Source: Thermoplasmata archaeon
GTDB taxonomy: Archaea > Thermoplasmatota > Thermoplasmata > Lutacidiplasmatales > UBA184
Assembly: GCA_021809545.1 (NCBI GenBank)
Contig: JAKAYL010000002.1
Location: 2,340 to 66,339 of the forward strand
Direction: 5' to 3'
DNA length: 64,000 nt
The notes under the pieces were generated by a model, which was given only the letters and a program-made list of their open reading frames with translations, was not told where the DNA came from and did not search any database. Position numbers and translations under genes: made by a program. Numbering within the stretch: position 1 is the first letter of the stretch; every line of letters starts with the position of its first letter. This document shows positions 1-9,355 of this stretch, piece after piece.

Positions 1-1782
1 CTCCATCCGGGGGGTGGGAGACTCCATTCCACAATCCCACATCGCCTCCCGGGGATCCGGACGGGGGGCTCCGAGGCGCCGGAGGGCCCAAGCCACAAGA
101 ATCCCTGCGGCGAGAACCAGGGCAACTACTCCCAGCGCTACCGTACCCCCCGCACCGGAAGCGGAGGGGGAGGGTCGGGGAAGCGTCCCCAGCCAGCTGA
201 GAGCAGAGTACGAGGGAAGCCCGGAGTGCACCAACTCCGTCAGGGTTCCCCCGAAGAGGGGAAATGCCAGGACGGGAATGATGCCGAGGGTGAGGCAGGT
301 GCCCGCCATGAGTCCCATGCCCACCCTCTGGGCGAGAGGAGCGTCCCGGACGACCCCACGAGCCTCCGGGGAACGGGGCCGGGCGAGGAAGGTCATTCCG
401 AAGGCCTTCACGAAACAGTACGCCGCGAGGCCGCTCGCGAGCGCCAGGACCGCCGCCGTCGCCGTGAAGGTCATCTCCGTGGCAAGGGAGCCGGTGGCGA
501 AGGAGCCAAAAAAGGCCTGGAAAAGGAGCCATTCGCTGACGAAACCGTTGAAGGGAGGGAGGGCGGATATGGCCATGGCACCGACGAGGAAGGTCCCGGC
601 CGTCCCAGGCATGGAACGGGCCAGGCCGCCCATCTTCTCCATGTTCCTTGTCCCCACGGCCCCCACAACGGCCCCCGCGCCGAGGAAGAGGAGCCCCTTG
701 AACAGGGCGTGATTGAAGGTATGGAAAAGACCGGCTAGGAGGGCGAGCGCGGCCAGCACGGGCGATCCCAGGGCCTGGAAGACGAGCGAAGCTCCCAGCG
801 CCATGAAGATGATGCCGATGTTCTCGACCGAGGAGAAGGCCAGGAGACGCTTGAGGTCGTGTTGGGCGATCGCGTTGAGGATCCCCACCAACGCCGAGAC
901 CGCGCCCAGGGTTATCAGCGTGAACCCCCACCACAACTGGCCCCCCCCGAGCACCAAGAAGACGAAGCGCAGGATCCCATAGATCCCGATCTTGATCATC
1001 ACGCCGGACATGAGGGCGGAAACGTTGCTCGGAGCCGAGGGGTGGGCCTCGGGAAGCCAGGTATGGAGGGGCACGAGCCCCGCCTTCGTCCCGAACCCGA
1101 TCAGCAGGGCAACGAAGATCACATCCTGCCAGACCGGGGGAACGAGCGCCGCGGCGTGGCTCATGGGGACGAAGGAGAATTGTCCGGTGTCGACGGTGAG
1201 AAGGATCAGCCCCGCCAAGAGGGAAGCCGCAGCTGCATGGCTCATCACGAGGTAGGAGAGACCCGCTTTCCGCACCTCCCAGGAGCCGTGCTCGTGCACC
1301 ACGAGGAAGTAAGAGACCAGGGTCATTGCCTCCCAGCCCACGAGGAAGAGGAACGTGGTCTCCGCCAGAAGCACCAGAAGCATCGAAAGGAGGAAGAGTC
1401 CATAGAAACCGGCGAGCGTGGCGGGCCGTTCGTGCACGTACTCGGGTACGTACCCCAGGGAGGCGAGGGTGATCGCGAATCCCACGAATCCGAGCAGGAA
1501 GACGAAGAGCGCCGAGAGCGAATCCACGCCCAACCCGAGGCTAAGGCTGGGTGAGATCGTGGAAAAGCCCGGGAGAGACACTGGGAAAGTCACCCCGCTG
1601 CCCCCCAGCAAGACTCCTAAGGCGAAGGGCACCAGGAACGCGCAGCCCAGAAGGTCGAGGAGCAGGGATGCCCGGGCAAGCCGACGCGAAGCGGCGGGAC
1701 CGGAAAAACCAAGGAGAGAACCGGTGAGAAAGCTCAGGAGGGCTGCCGCCAGAAGCGGCGTTCCCAATGTCCCGAGGTCCAT
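1..1782 (-). CDS. hyfB: HyfB/NuoL/MrpD-like proton-translocating membrane subunit (hydrogenase-4 component B-like), truncated at the window edge
   Basis: Not in the ORF track because it runs off the edge. Manual translation from ATG at 1782 gives a very hydrophobic protein with FLVGWEAMTLVSYFLV, GFGTKAGLVPLHTWLPEAHPSAPSNVSALMSG, DLKRLLAFSSVENIG, NHALFKGLLFLGAG and LPPFNGFVSEW. Confidence 0.88.
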   Translation of the reverse strand, partial: MDLGTLGTPLLAAALLSFLTGSLLGFSGPAASRRLARASLLLDLLGCAFLVPFALGVLLGGSGVTFPVSLPGFSTISPSLSLGLGVDSLSALFVFLLGFVGFAITLASLGYVPEYVHERPATLAGFYGLFLLSMLLVLLAETTFLFLVGWEAMTLVSYFLVVHEHGSWEVRKAGLSYLVMSHAAAASLLAGLILLTVDTGQFSFVPMSHAAALVPPVWQDVIFVALLIGFGTKAGLVPLHTWLPEAHPSAPSNVSALMSGVMIKIGIYGILRFVFLVLGGGQLWWGFTLITLGAVSALVGILNAIAQHDLKRLLAFSSVENIGIIFMALGASLVFQALGSPVLAALALLAGLFHTFNHALFKGLLFLGAGAVVGAVGTRNMEKMGGLARSMPGTAGTFLVGAMAISALPPFNGFVSEWLLFQAFFGSFATGSLATEMTFTATAAVLALASGLAAYCFVKAFGMTFLARPRSPEARGVVRDAPLAQRVGMGLMAGTCLTLGIIPVLAFPLFGGTLTELVHSGLPSYSALSWLGTLPRPSPSASGAGGTVALGVVALVLAAGILVAWALRRLGAPRPDPREAMWDCGMESPTPRME

Positions 1783-1885
1783 TCGGTGCGAGTATCTCCG
1801 GCCCCCTGGTTCACGGCCCGTATCAGGGGCCTTCCAGGCAGACCGAGGGGGCCACTCAAACCCGTGACTTCAACATATCGTACAG

Positions 1886-1908
1886 CTAATCAGTATAAGC
1901 CTGATTAG
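1886..1908. promoter_or_regulatory. Perfect 8-bp inverted repeat CTAATCAG-N7-CTGATTAG around a TATA-like spacer upstream of hyfB; putative operator
   Basis: Repeat seen directly. The spacer reads GCTTATA on the minus strand, about 110 nt upstream of the hyfB start. Confidence 0.55.
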
Positions 1909-2288
1909 AAGCAGAATTCTGCGCCACGTCATGTCGGGACCACTGAGCCCCGCTGGGAGCCACGACCCACCTCCGGCGAGCCAAATGATCCTGAGAGCAC
2001 CTCCTGCCAAGGTGGCCCCTTGCCTGCGGAAGCCGCCGAACAGAAAGGTTCACCCACCCAATTCTAGCCCCTCTTCTCCTGAGGACCCAGTCCTTGATCC
2101 TCTTTCCTCGAGGGGGAGGCCAGGTGGCTCGCTCTTGTCTACCCCCCGGGGAAACCTCATCGGAGGGTCGACGTGGCGAGTTCCAGACCCATCTGGAAGT
2201 TCGGCTCCCGCGCGCGATTCCTTGGGTCCTTTGCAGACCCTCAGAGACCTGTAAGGGATCCGTTCTTAGTCTGCGGTTTCGGAAATCT

Positions 2289-2310
2289 ACATATATCTAT
2301 CTGTATATGT
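2289..2310. promoter_or_regulatory. ACATATA-N8-TATATGT inverted repeat immediately upstream of vapB; putative autorepression operator
   Basis: Seen directly in an AT-rich patch ending 8 nt before ATG 2318. TA operons commonly autorepress through promoter palindromes. Confidence 0.5.
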
Positions 2311-2317
2311 TTAGATT

Positions 2318-2470
2318 ATGTCCTCCAAGACGCTCATGGTACGGAAACCGGTCTACGAAGCCCTCCGAAAGGAGAAGCGCCCCGGCGAGAGTTTCTCCCG
2401 GCTGATGGAGAGGCTTATGGCCAAACGACTGGGGCTTAGGGCGTGTTACGGCACGTGGAGGAAGCGGTAG
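2318..2470 (+). CDS. vapB: Antitoxin, archaeal VapB (DUF217-like), 50 aa
   Basis: Below the ORF-track cutoff. MSSKTLMVRKPVYEALRKEKRPGESFSRLMERL fits the KT-x-x-V-x-x-x-VYE-x-L-x-x-x-K-x-x-GESFS pattern. Its TAG abuts the ATG of the PIN gene. Confidence 0.8.
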   Translation: MSSKTLMVRKPVYEALRKEKRPGESFSRLMERLMAKRLGLRACYGTWRKR

Positions 2471-2866
2471 ATGAAGTGCCTGGATACCCCCATCCTCGAG
2501 GATCTTCTCCTCGGGCGACCGAGGGTGAAACGGTGGTTGGACAAGGTTGAATCCACCGAGGGGGAAGTCGCCACCACGGAGTTGAACATGATCGAGCTGG
2601 CCGTCCTGGCCAAAGCCCACGGCGGGGGACTTAACCGTAGATTGGATGCCTTGGGAGCGCTTCGTCGAGAGCTCACCGTCCTCCCCATGGATGCCGAGAC
2701 CTACCGGGCCGCCATCTCTATCCTGAGGAAGAATACCGGCGGTGCACCCTACCCCGGACTCCTCGTGGCGGCGTCCGCCCTGGCCCACGGCGCCACCGTT
2801 CTCCTGACGGACAAGAAGCGGGCCCTTCCCAGGGATTTGGGGACCCTAAAGGTCCAAAGATACTGA
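2471..2866 (+). CDS. vapC: PIN-domain VapC-family toxin
   Basis: 131 aa with N-terminal CLDT, TELNMIEL and LLVAASALAHGATVLLTD; directly downstream of the antitoxin. Confidence 0.8.
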   Translation: MKCLDTPILEDLLLGRPRVKRWLDKVESTEGEVATTELNMIELAVLAKAHGGGLNRRLDALGALRRELTVLPMDAETYRAAISILRKNTGGAPYPGLLVAASALAHGATVLLTDKKRALPRDLGTLKVQRY

Positions 2867-3002
2867 TCCGGGGGGCAAGATGCGTCTGCGTTCATTCTCT
2901 TCAACCTCCCCCGAAGGGCCAGTTCGGACACTTAGATACTACATAACGCAAGACACGTTACTCTAGAGCCTAAATAAACAATCTACCGAGGTGGACACCC
3001 CT

Positions 3003-3030
3003 TTGTCGTATAACTCGTGTTATACGACAT
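3003..3030. other. Candidate Xer recombinase dif site TTGTCGTATAA-CTCGTG-TTATACGACAT
   Basis: 11-6-11 architecture with inner TAA/TTA ends and near-perfect dyad symmetry, in a long non-coding region. Confidence 0.6.
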
Positions 3031-3602
3031 TCCGGGCCGAAAGCGCCCGGAGTGCCGTTTGTCGCCGAGAATCCCCCGCATTTCCTGTGGAGCCTGCCAT
3101 GGACATCCGCGTGTCAGGGCCAGATTACACCCCCCAGATCCCCCCCCTTCACCGAGAGATTGCCAGGGAAGCGGGGTCTGCCGCCGAACAATGAGGGTTG
3201 TTTTCAGGCCACGCTCTGTCAGGCCCCCCCGTTAATCGGGGAGAGCCTACCCCGAAGACAATACCTCCCCCCCCGTTCCCCCTTGGCACCTGAAACCGGG
3301 ACCCCAGGGCTCTACGGGACGGTTTTGGAATGCCGACTACAGCTGCTTGGGCCCCAGTACCTTCAGCACTCTGACCCTCAGACCTCTCCCGAACAAGAAC
3401 CGGACCAAGTCAGGGTCCACGAGGAGGATTCGTGAGAAGAGAGACCCCAGTTCTTGAGGGAGACTACCTTGGAGATCCCTCGAAGGAGCATATCTCCTCC
3501 AGGAAAAGGGCGCCAAGTCCAGGCGGCTTCTCAAGGATTTTTCAGGCCCAGCAAATTTGTTGACTAAGTGAGTTCTGCGGCCGGACTGCTCATACATATT
3601 GA

Positions 3603-3616
3603 TATACATATGTATA
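3603..3616. repeat. Perfect 14-bp palindrome TATACATATGTATA in an AT-rich island
   Basis: Seen directly; shares the ACATAT core with the vapB upstream repeat. Confidence 0.5.
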
Positions 3617-3884
3617 GACTTACCTTCCACGTTTAGAGCAGAGGTACCCAGACAGGACCCTAAGGGTCGGACCCAGGGGCCACCCACCAAACTCTGGCAG
3701 GGACCCCCAGCTTCCAGGAACCCCACCGAAGGGGTAAGCTCAGACAGGGAAGGGGAGTAAGAAACCTGCTCCAGACCGAGGGAGGATGGTGCGTCTTCGA
3801 GGAAAAGGGGGGGAAAAATGTCGCTGACCCGTACCGGTAGGAACCTATGGAGGCGGTGGCGGGCGGGGGAGGGAGTGGGGAAGG

Positions 3885-4097
3885 TCAGTCCTGCCAGTCG
3901 TACTTTACCCGTTCGGTGACGGCTTTGCGATCGTGAGGGTTCTCACTCCGGACCTTGGAGTCGATGGAGACATTGGAAAGAAGGGCTTCCAAGCGACTGA
4001 CCCGCTCCTCGAGGTCGCCGACCCTCTTGGCCAGTTCAGCCCGGTCAGATTCTGCCAGTTGTAGTCTGCGCCGGAGCTCTTCGACCTGACCTTCCAT
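3885..4097 (-). CDS. Small coiled-coil hypothetical protein
   Basis: 70 aa with a heptad pattern (VEELRRRLQLAESDRAELAKRVGDLEERVSRLE); follows nadB on the same strand. Confidence 0.65.
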   Translation of the reverse strand: MEGQVEELRRRLQLAESDRAELAKRVGDLEERVSRLEALLSNVSIDSKVRSENPHDRKAVTERVKYDWQD

Positions 4098-4130
4098 GGG
4101 CTCAACCCATATCCCTCATGCAGGGAAGAC

Positions 4131-5699
4131 TCATGAAGCCTTGGGGGAGAACTCGATGTGCACTCGCCACTTCTCCCGGCGATGGGGGAAGTCTCTCCGG
4201 AAATGGCCGCCCCGGCTCTCTTCGCGAAGGAGGGCGCCCTTGGCCATGAGAAGGGCGGTGAGGACCTGATTCTCTTCCGAGGTGGGGTAGTCCCGCCCGC
4301 GCGAGGCGGCTCTCCGGGCGAGGTCCTCCTGGAACCGGTTGACTGCCTGGGCAAGGGGCACCGCCTCCCGTACGATCCCCACGTTCCGCCAGAGGAGCTC
4401 GCCGATCTCGTTTCTTGAGAGAGGGGGATGGTGGAGCTTCCGTCCCAACGAGGACCCACGGGGGAAAGGGAGGGAGAAACGACGGGTGGGAATACTGCCA
4501 CCTACCGAACCCCAGGGACGCCCGCTCGAGAGAACCCGCACCAGACGCTCTCCGAAGACAAGCCCCTCCATGAGAGAATTGCTGGCCAACCGATTGGCGC
4601 CGTGGACCCCGGTGGAAGTGACCTCGCCACAGGCATAGAGCCCCCGGACCGAGGTCTCGCCGTCCAAGCTGGTCGCTACCCCACCCACCATGTAGTGCGC
4701 GACCGGCGTCACCGGGATGAGGTCCTTTTCCAGCCGGAGACCGGCGCCTTCTAGGAAAGAGTAGACCGTGGGAAACCGATTTCGGAGCCGCTCCACGGGG
4801 ATGGAAGTGGCATCGAGGTAGACGACCGGGTCTCCGAGCTTCTCCATGTGGGTCACGATGGCCCGGGCGACGATGTCCCTGGGCGCTAACTCGGCCATGG
4901 GGTGGTAACTTCGCAGGAAAGCCTTCCCTTGAGAATCCCGGAGGAGCGCCCCTTCGCCTCGCAGCGCTTCGGTGATGAGGAAGCGGGGTCGACCGGGGCC
5001 ATAGTAGACCGTAGGGTGGAACTGGATGAACTCCATGTCCCGCACGGCCGCCCCAGCGTTGAGAGCGATCGCCACCCCCTCCCCCGTCGCCACTTCCGGG
5101 TTGGACGATTCTCGGAACAGCCGCCCTCCTCCACCGGTCGCAAGGACGACCTGGTCGGACTCCAGGGTCACTTCCCCTCGCTTTCCCCGGACAGCAAGAC
5201 CCCTCACTCGTCCTTTCGAGGAGAGAATGGCAATCATTGTGCGCCCCTCCTGCACCTCGATGGATCGATCCTCGACACACCTTTGGAGCGTCTCCTCGAT
5301 CTGGCGCCCCGTGGCGTCTCCCCCCGAATGCAACACCCGGGACATGGAGTGGGCAGCCTCCCGCCCCAGCGCCACCTGACCATCAACCGTGTCGAACGGC
5401 ACACCGAAGCGGACAAGGTCTCCGATTCGCTTCGGAGCCTCGTTGGCCAGGATCCAGGCCGCTTTCCGGTCGACCAGACCCGCGCCCGCCCTAACCGTGT
5501 CCCAAAAATGGAGACGGGGGGAGTCTTTCGTCCCTACCGCTGCCGCAATGCCTCCCTGGGCATAGAGGGTGTTGGATTCTCGCAGAGAGGACTTGGTGAT
5601 GAGGAGGGGGGTCAGGCCCGCTTCGTAGGCGCGCAGGGCGACGAAGAGCCCGGCGATGCCGGTCCCTACGATGATTACTCGTTTCTTTCGAGAGGGCAT
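4131..5699 (-). CDS. nadB: L-aspartate oxidase
   Basis: IVGTGIAG FAD motif, SNTLYAQGGIAAA, REAAHS, MEFIQFHPT, ELAPRDIVARAI, HYMVGG, GVHGANRLASNSL and REESRGGH. Start moved to ATG 5699 (MPSRKKRVIIVG). Confidence 0.93.
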   Translation of the reverse strand: MPSRKKRVIIVGTGIAGLFVALRAYEAGLTPLLITKSSLRESNTLYAQGGIAAAVGTKDSPRLHFWDTVRAGAGLVDRKAAWILANEAPKRIGDLVRFGVPFDTVDGQVALGREAAHSMSRVLHSGGDATGRQIEETLQRCVEDRSIEVQEGRTMIAILSSKGRVRGLAVRGKRGEVTLESDQVVLATGGGGRLFRESSNPEVATGEGVAIALNAGAAVRDMEFIQFHPTVYYGPGRPRFLITEALRGEGALLRDSQGKAFLRSYHPMAELAPRDIVARAIVTHMEKLGDPVVYLDATSIPVERLRNRFPTVYSFLEGAGLRLEKDLIPVTPVAHYMVGGVATSLDGETSVRGLYACGEVTSTGVHGANRLASNSLMEGLVFGERLVRVLSSGRPWGSVGGSIPTRRFSLPFPRGSSLGRKLHHPPLSRNEIGELLWRNVGIVREAVPLAQAVNRFQEDLARRAASRGRDYPTSEENQVLTALLMAKGALLREESRGGHFRRDFPHRREKWRVHIEFSPKAS

Positions 5700-5715
5700 G
5701 GGACGTACCCAAGAT

Positions 5716-6681
5716 TCAGCGGGAAGCCTCCCAGATGTAGATGGGCTCCTTCTGGATGACCCGGAAGCCCGCCTTCTCGTATAGATGGATGGCCGCAACG
5801 TTTTCCAAGGTGACCCACAGAGCGACCTCCCGGATCCCCCGGGCGAGGAGGCCACGCAGGGCACGGGAAAGGAGAGCGTATCCCACCCCCCGGCCGCGGC
5901 TTTCCAATAGGAGGGCCACGTCCACGATGAGCGCGTTCCCAGGGGTGAGTTCCACGGAGAGCACGAAACCCAGGAGGCTCTCCCCTCCCCCATCGAAGAC
6001 TTGGATCACGGAAGGGGAGCCATCCTTGAGGAAAGGGCTGAGCTCCCCGGCCAAGATGTCGGTCAGGATGCGCTCGTCCTCCTCCACGGATTCGGCCACG
6101 AGCCCTCGATCGGGGCTGTCCTCGAATGCCGAGAAATCCACGGCCGCCAGCAGGCTTACCGGGAAATCCGTGGCGGAGCCGAAGCGGAAGCCCGAAGGAA
6201 GGGGGGGCTGGGGAGGGGGTGTGGCCGAGTCCAACGTCCGGGACATACGCTGACGCTCGAGGAATCGGAAAGGTAACCCCCAGGTGGGGAATTGACGGCG
6301 GATCTCCTCTTCGGTCCGGGCCAGGACGGCGGAAAAAGTGAGGTCGATCCTACGGAGGTTCTCGGAATAGGTGGCGATCAGGGACCGGATCAGTGGGAGG
6401 GCGTCGAGTTCCGGATCGCCGACGGAGGTGAGGAAGAGGTGGGTGAACGCTCGACCCCGCCGCGTCGTGTGAATGAGGAGTCCGCCGACCCTCCCGTCGA
6501 CCGCGGAGATGAGGGCGAGCATCCTACCCGAACGGAGGCTCTCCACCGTGTCCTCGACCCAGCCCACGGGGACGGCCTCTCCTTTGCGACGGAGAGCGTG
6601 CGCAAGTAGGACGAGGGGCCCCTCAAGGTCCCCAGAATACTCCTTTGCAGGGAGCAAGCTACGAGAGGGCGTAGAGATCAC
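5716..6681 (-). CDS. GNAT-family acetyltransferase (two-domain)
   Basis: C-terminal SRGRGVGYALL...LWVTLENVAAIHLYEKAGF acetyl-CoA motifs. GTG 6681 overlaps the upstream TGA. Confidence 0.8.
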   Translation of the reverse strand: MISTPSRSLLPAKEYSGDLEGPLVLLAHALRRKGEAVPVGWVEDTVESLRSGRMLALISAVDGRVGGLLIHTTRRGRAFTHLFLTSVGDPELDALPLIRSLIATYSENLRRIDLTFSAVLARTEEEIRRQFPTWGLPFRFLERQRMSRTLDSATPPPQPPLPSGFRFGSATDFPVSLLAAVDFSAFEDSPDRGLVAESVEEDERILTDILAGELSPFLKDGSPSVIQVFDGGGESLLGFVLSVELTPGNALIVDVALLLESRGRGVGYALLSRALRGLLARGIREVALWVTLENVAAIHLYEKAGFRVIQKEPIYIWEASR

Positions 6682-7001
6682 CTCCGGGCAAACCGGCCCG
6701 CGATATAGTTCTGAATCTGATGGATCCGGTTGGTGATTCGGTCGAGTTCCCCCGCGGTGGCAAGGATGGCCCGGTACGTGACGTTCAGCTCGTCCCTCCA
6801 AGGCTTGGCGAGGACCATGCGCCGCCGGAGCTCGCTGCGGGTACCTTCGTCGGCGGGTGCCTCCGGTCGCAGGCTGAGAAAACGCTCCTCCACGTCCCGG
6901 ACCCGAGAAAGTTGGCCCTCCAATTCCTCCCTGAGCTGGGCATGCCGCTGGATGAGCTGATGGAGCTCGTATTCGAGGCCGTTGTCCTCAGGGACTGCCA
7001 T
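6678..7001 (-). CDS. Hypothetical coiled-coil protein
   Basis: Helical, charged protein of about 107 aa, overlapping both neighbours in an operon. Confidence 0.65.
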   Translation of the reverse strand: MAVPEDNGLEYELHQLIQRHAQLREELEGQLSRVRDVEERFLSLRPEAPADEGTRSELRRRMVLAKPWRDELNVTYRAILATAGELDRITNRIHQIQNYIAGRFARR

Positions 7002-7902
7002 GACCAACCACCAAACGCTCCTTGAGGATGGCCGCTATGTCGGGAGCCACGGAGCCCCGCTCCGCCGCGTTCTCCAGGGTGTCGGTGGAGAGAATGTCGC
7101 TCGCGACCCCTTTGATCCTCTCGAAAGCATCCTTAAGGAAGAGTCCATGGGTGCAGGCCGCGATCACGTTCTCGGCGCCCATCTTCTTCAGGAGCTGGGC
7201 GCTCTCCACGATGGTCCCGCCTGTGGAGATCACATCGTCCAGGATGGCCACGTGCTTGCCGGTGAGGTCCATGGCGTCGTCCGGGAGGGAGATCTCGACA
7301 TGCTCGCTGTCGATCCGCTTCTTCTGGAGGGAGAGCCAGGGTTTGTGCAGGAGGTTCGCCATCCTCTGGCAGCGTTCGACCGCGCCCTTGTCCGGGGATA
7401 CGATCACGTCGACGGGCCGGCGGCGCAAGAGACGGGCGATGGCCGGGACCCCGCTGACTTCCCGCATCGGCTTCGTGAAGATGTCCCGGTTGAAGGGGCT
7501 GTGGAGGTCTACTGTGATCACCATGTCTGCGTCGACCTCGAGACGGCGGGCCATTGCGCGGGCGCTGACCGCTTCCCCAGGGAAGAAACGTCGGTCCTGC
7601 CGGGAGTACCCGAAATAGGGAAGCACGAGACAGAGGCTTTTGGCCCCACCCTCACGGACCGCATCCTCCAGCAAGAAGAGCTCGAGTATCTCCTCGTCCC
7701 GACGGGTGGACTGCACCAGGACGACGTCTTCCCCTTCGAACCTCCCTCCGATCCGGACATAGAGCTCCCCGTCAGGGAACCGCTTCCGGAAGGGAAGCGT
7801 GAAGGGACAATTGCCAAGTTCCCGCGAAATGCTCTCAGCCAGGGAAGTGGATGCACTACCACCAATTACCAGCACGCCCTTATCACCCAGTAGGTAACGC
7901 AC
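6988..7902 (-). CDS. prs: Ribose-phosphate pyrophosphokinase
   Basis: FPDGELYVRI, PYFGYSRQDR, TVDLHS, VSPDKGA, ILDDVISTGGT, ACTHGLF. The start may be a few codons downstream. Confidence 0.95.
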   Translation of the reverse strand: MRYLLGDKGVLVIGGSASTSLAESISRELGNCPFTLPFRKRFPDGELYVRIGGRFEGEDVVLVQSTRRDEEILELFLLEDAVREGGAKSLCLVLPYFGYSRQDRRFFPGEAVSARAMARRLEVDADMVITVDLHSPFNRDIFTKPMREVSGVPAIARLLRRRPVDVIVSPDKGAVERCQRMANLLHKPWLSLQKKRIDSEHVEISLPDDAMDLTGKHVAILDDVISTGGTIVESAQLLKKMGAENVIAACTHGLFLKDAFERIKGVASDILSTDTLENAAERGSVAPDIAAILKERLVVGHGSP

Positions 7903-8058
7903 CCATCCTGCCGGGGTATTTGACTATGCAGGTGAGCGCTGCCCACGGGAACCGACCCGACCCCGGAGGACCTGGACCCCTTTCCTCCCAGGTGGGATTG
8001 CTTTCGTCCCGCACTCCGCCCCCCTATAAACTGGTGAAGTCTCGGGAGAGAACGAAAG

Positions 8059-8955
8059 ATGCGAGAGCCCCCAGCCCCCCAGCGTACTGTCCCGGAGCGC
8101 TTCCTGGAAGCGGACCGGTACCGGGCCCGGCGGGAGTGGCTCCGCTACGAGGGGACGCCCCAGAGGGAGCTTCTCCGAAGGACAAGGGAGATCTTCCTGG
8201 GGGCGGTACTGCGGCGGCGTCGAACCCCTTTTCCCCGTACCCTCGAAGTGGGTTCCGGCCCGGGGCGGTTCTCTCCGATCCTGATCCAAGGATCCCGGGA
8301 GACCGTCGTGCTCGATGCCTCCTCCGTAATGCTGCGGGAGGCGCGGCGGAGACTCCGAGGGATCCGAGACCTCGCGGTCACGAGGAGTTCCTTGGTCCAG
8401 GGAGATGCCGGCGTCCTTCCCTTCCCGGCGGAGACGTTCCAACTGGTCGTGGCCCTCGGGAACGTTGTGGGGTTCGCGGAAAAGAAGGCGGAACTCGTGC
8501 TCGAGGAACTCCTCCGGTGCGTTACCTCGAACGGAGTGGTCGTGATCGAGACGGTGTCCCCTATCTCCCGCGTTCCGCGATTCGTCGAGAGGACGGGACC
8601 GAGCCGCTGGGTCCGATTGTTGCGAAGCGACCCCGCGGAGACCCTGCCGGAACTGCTCCAAGACGGGTTCCAGGCGGTGCCGGTGCCCTCGGACTTCGGG
8701 AAGCCTGGAGAAAAGTTCGCGTTCTTCGGAGCGAAGGAGATTACCGATTATCTGGAAGAGGAAGGGTTCCGCGTCCAGGACCAGCTCGTCGCGGCACCGC
8801 TCACGGGTGGGGATCCGGATCTCGTCCGAGCGATCGCAAGTGCCGGCCCCGGCAACCTGGAAAGGCTGCTCCGGTGGGAGAACCGCGCGGGACGGAACGC
8901 TTCCCTTCGGACCGCGGGAGGCCACCTCTTGACGAGCGCCGTCCGGACCGGATAG
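8059..8955 (+). CDS. Class I SAM-dependent methyltransferase
   Basis: LEVGSGPGRF motif I, VLDASSVML and GDAGVLPF; TATAAA at 8025-8030. Confidence 0.85.
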   Translation: MREPPAPQRTVPERFLEADRYRARREWLRYEGTPQRELLRRTREIFLGAVLRRRRTPFPRTLEVGSGPGRFSPILIQGSRETVVLDASSVMLREARRRLRGIRDLAVTRSSLVQGDAGVLPFPAETFQLVVALGNVVGFAEKKAELVLEELLRCVTSNGVVVIETVSPISRVPRFVERTGPSRWVRLLRSDPAETLPELLQDGFQAVPVPSDFGKPGEKFAFFGAKEITDYLEEEGFRVQDQLVAAPLTGGDPDLVRAIASAGPGNLERLLRWENRAGRNASLRTAGGHLLTSAVRTG

Positions 8956-9042
8956 GACACCGGGTCACGCGACTCGGCGAAGGTGCTCCCACTTCAGCCT
9001 CCCCACATCTTCCTGACGGCCAAAAGCCACCCCCCGGACCTT

Positions 9043-9203
9043 CCCGCGGAGCCGATACTTTGGTGTCGGGATCGTGCGGGCGGTCCCTGGCTCGATGTTC
9101 TACGTGCAGACCAGGGGAATGATCGGCGGCTTGGGTGGCCCGCGGAGGGCTTGGATGGGTCGAAAGGCCGACCCAAGGAACTGTGGCGAACAGCTCCACC
9201 GCC
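9043..9203 (+). ncRNA. Candidate structured non-coding RNA (nested hairpins, GAAA tetraloop)
   Basis: Several nested stems whose mismatches are G-U only on the + strand; no family recognised. Confidence 0.3.
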
Positions 9204-9355
9204 AGTACCTGACAGGTCGATGTGGCCGAGTTCATGCCCTGACAGACGAAGACCTCACGCCCCGCCATCGGTCCCTCTAGGTTGCCCTGGGGGGGAGGAG
9301 CGGACCGGGATATAACCACTTATTCTTTGAGGGGAAATGGCTAAATAGTCGTGAT

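Noticed and set aside
14-1867. Several + strand ORFs of 87-232 aa
   Set aside because: They are antisense shadows of the hyfB-like gene, a GC-rich artefact with no motifs.
3290-3830. Short GGACCC(C)AG-like repeats and a G-string suggesting ORB boxes of a replication origin
   Set aside because: No convincing TCCA-x-x-GAAA ORB consensus or regular spacing, and no cdc6/orc1 gene nearby.
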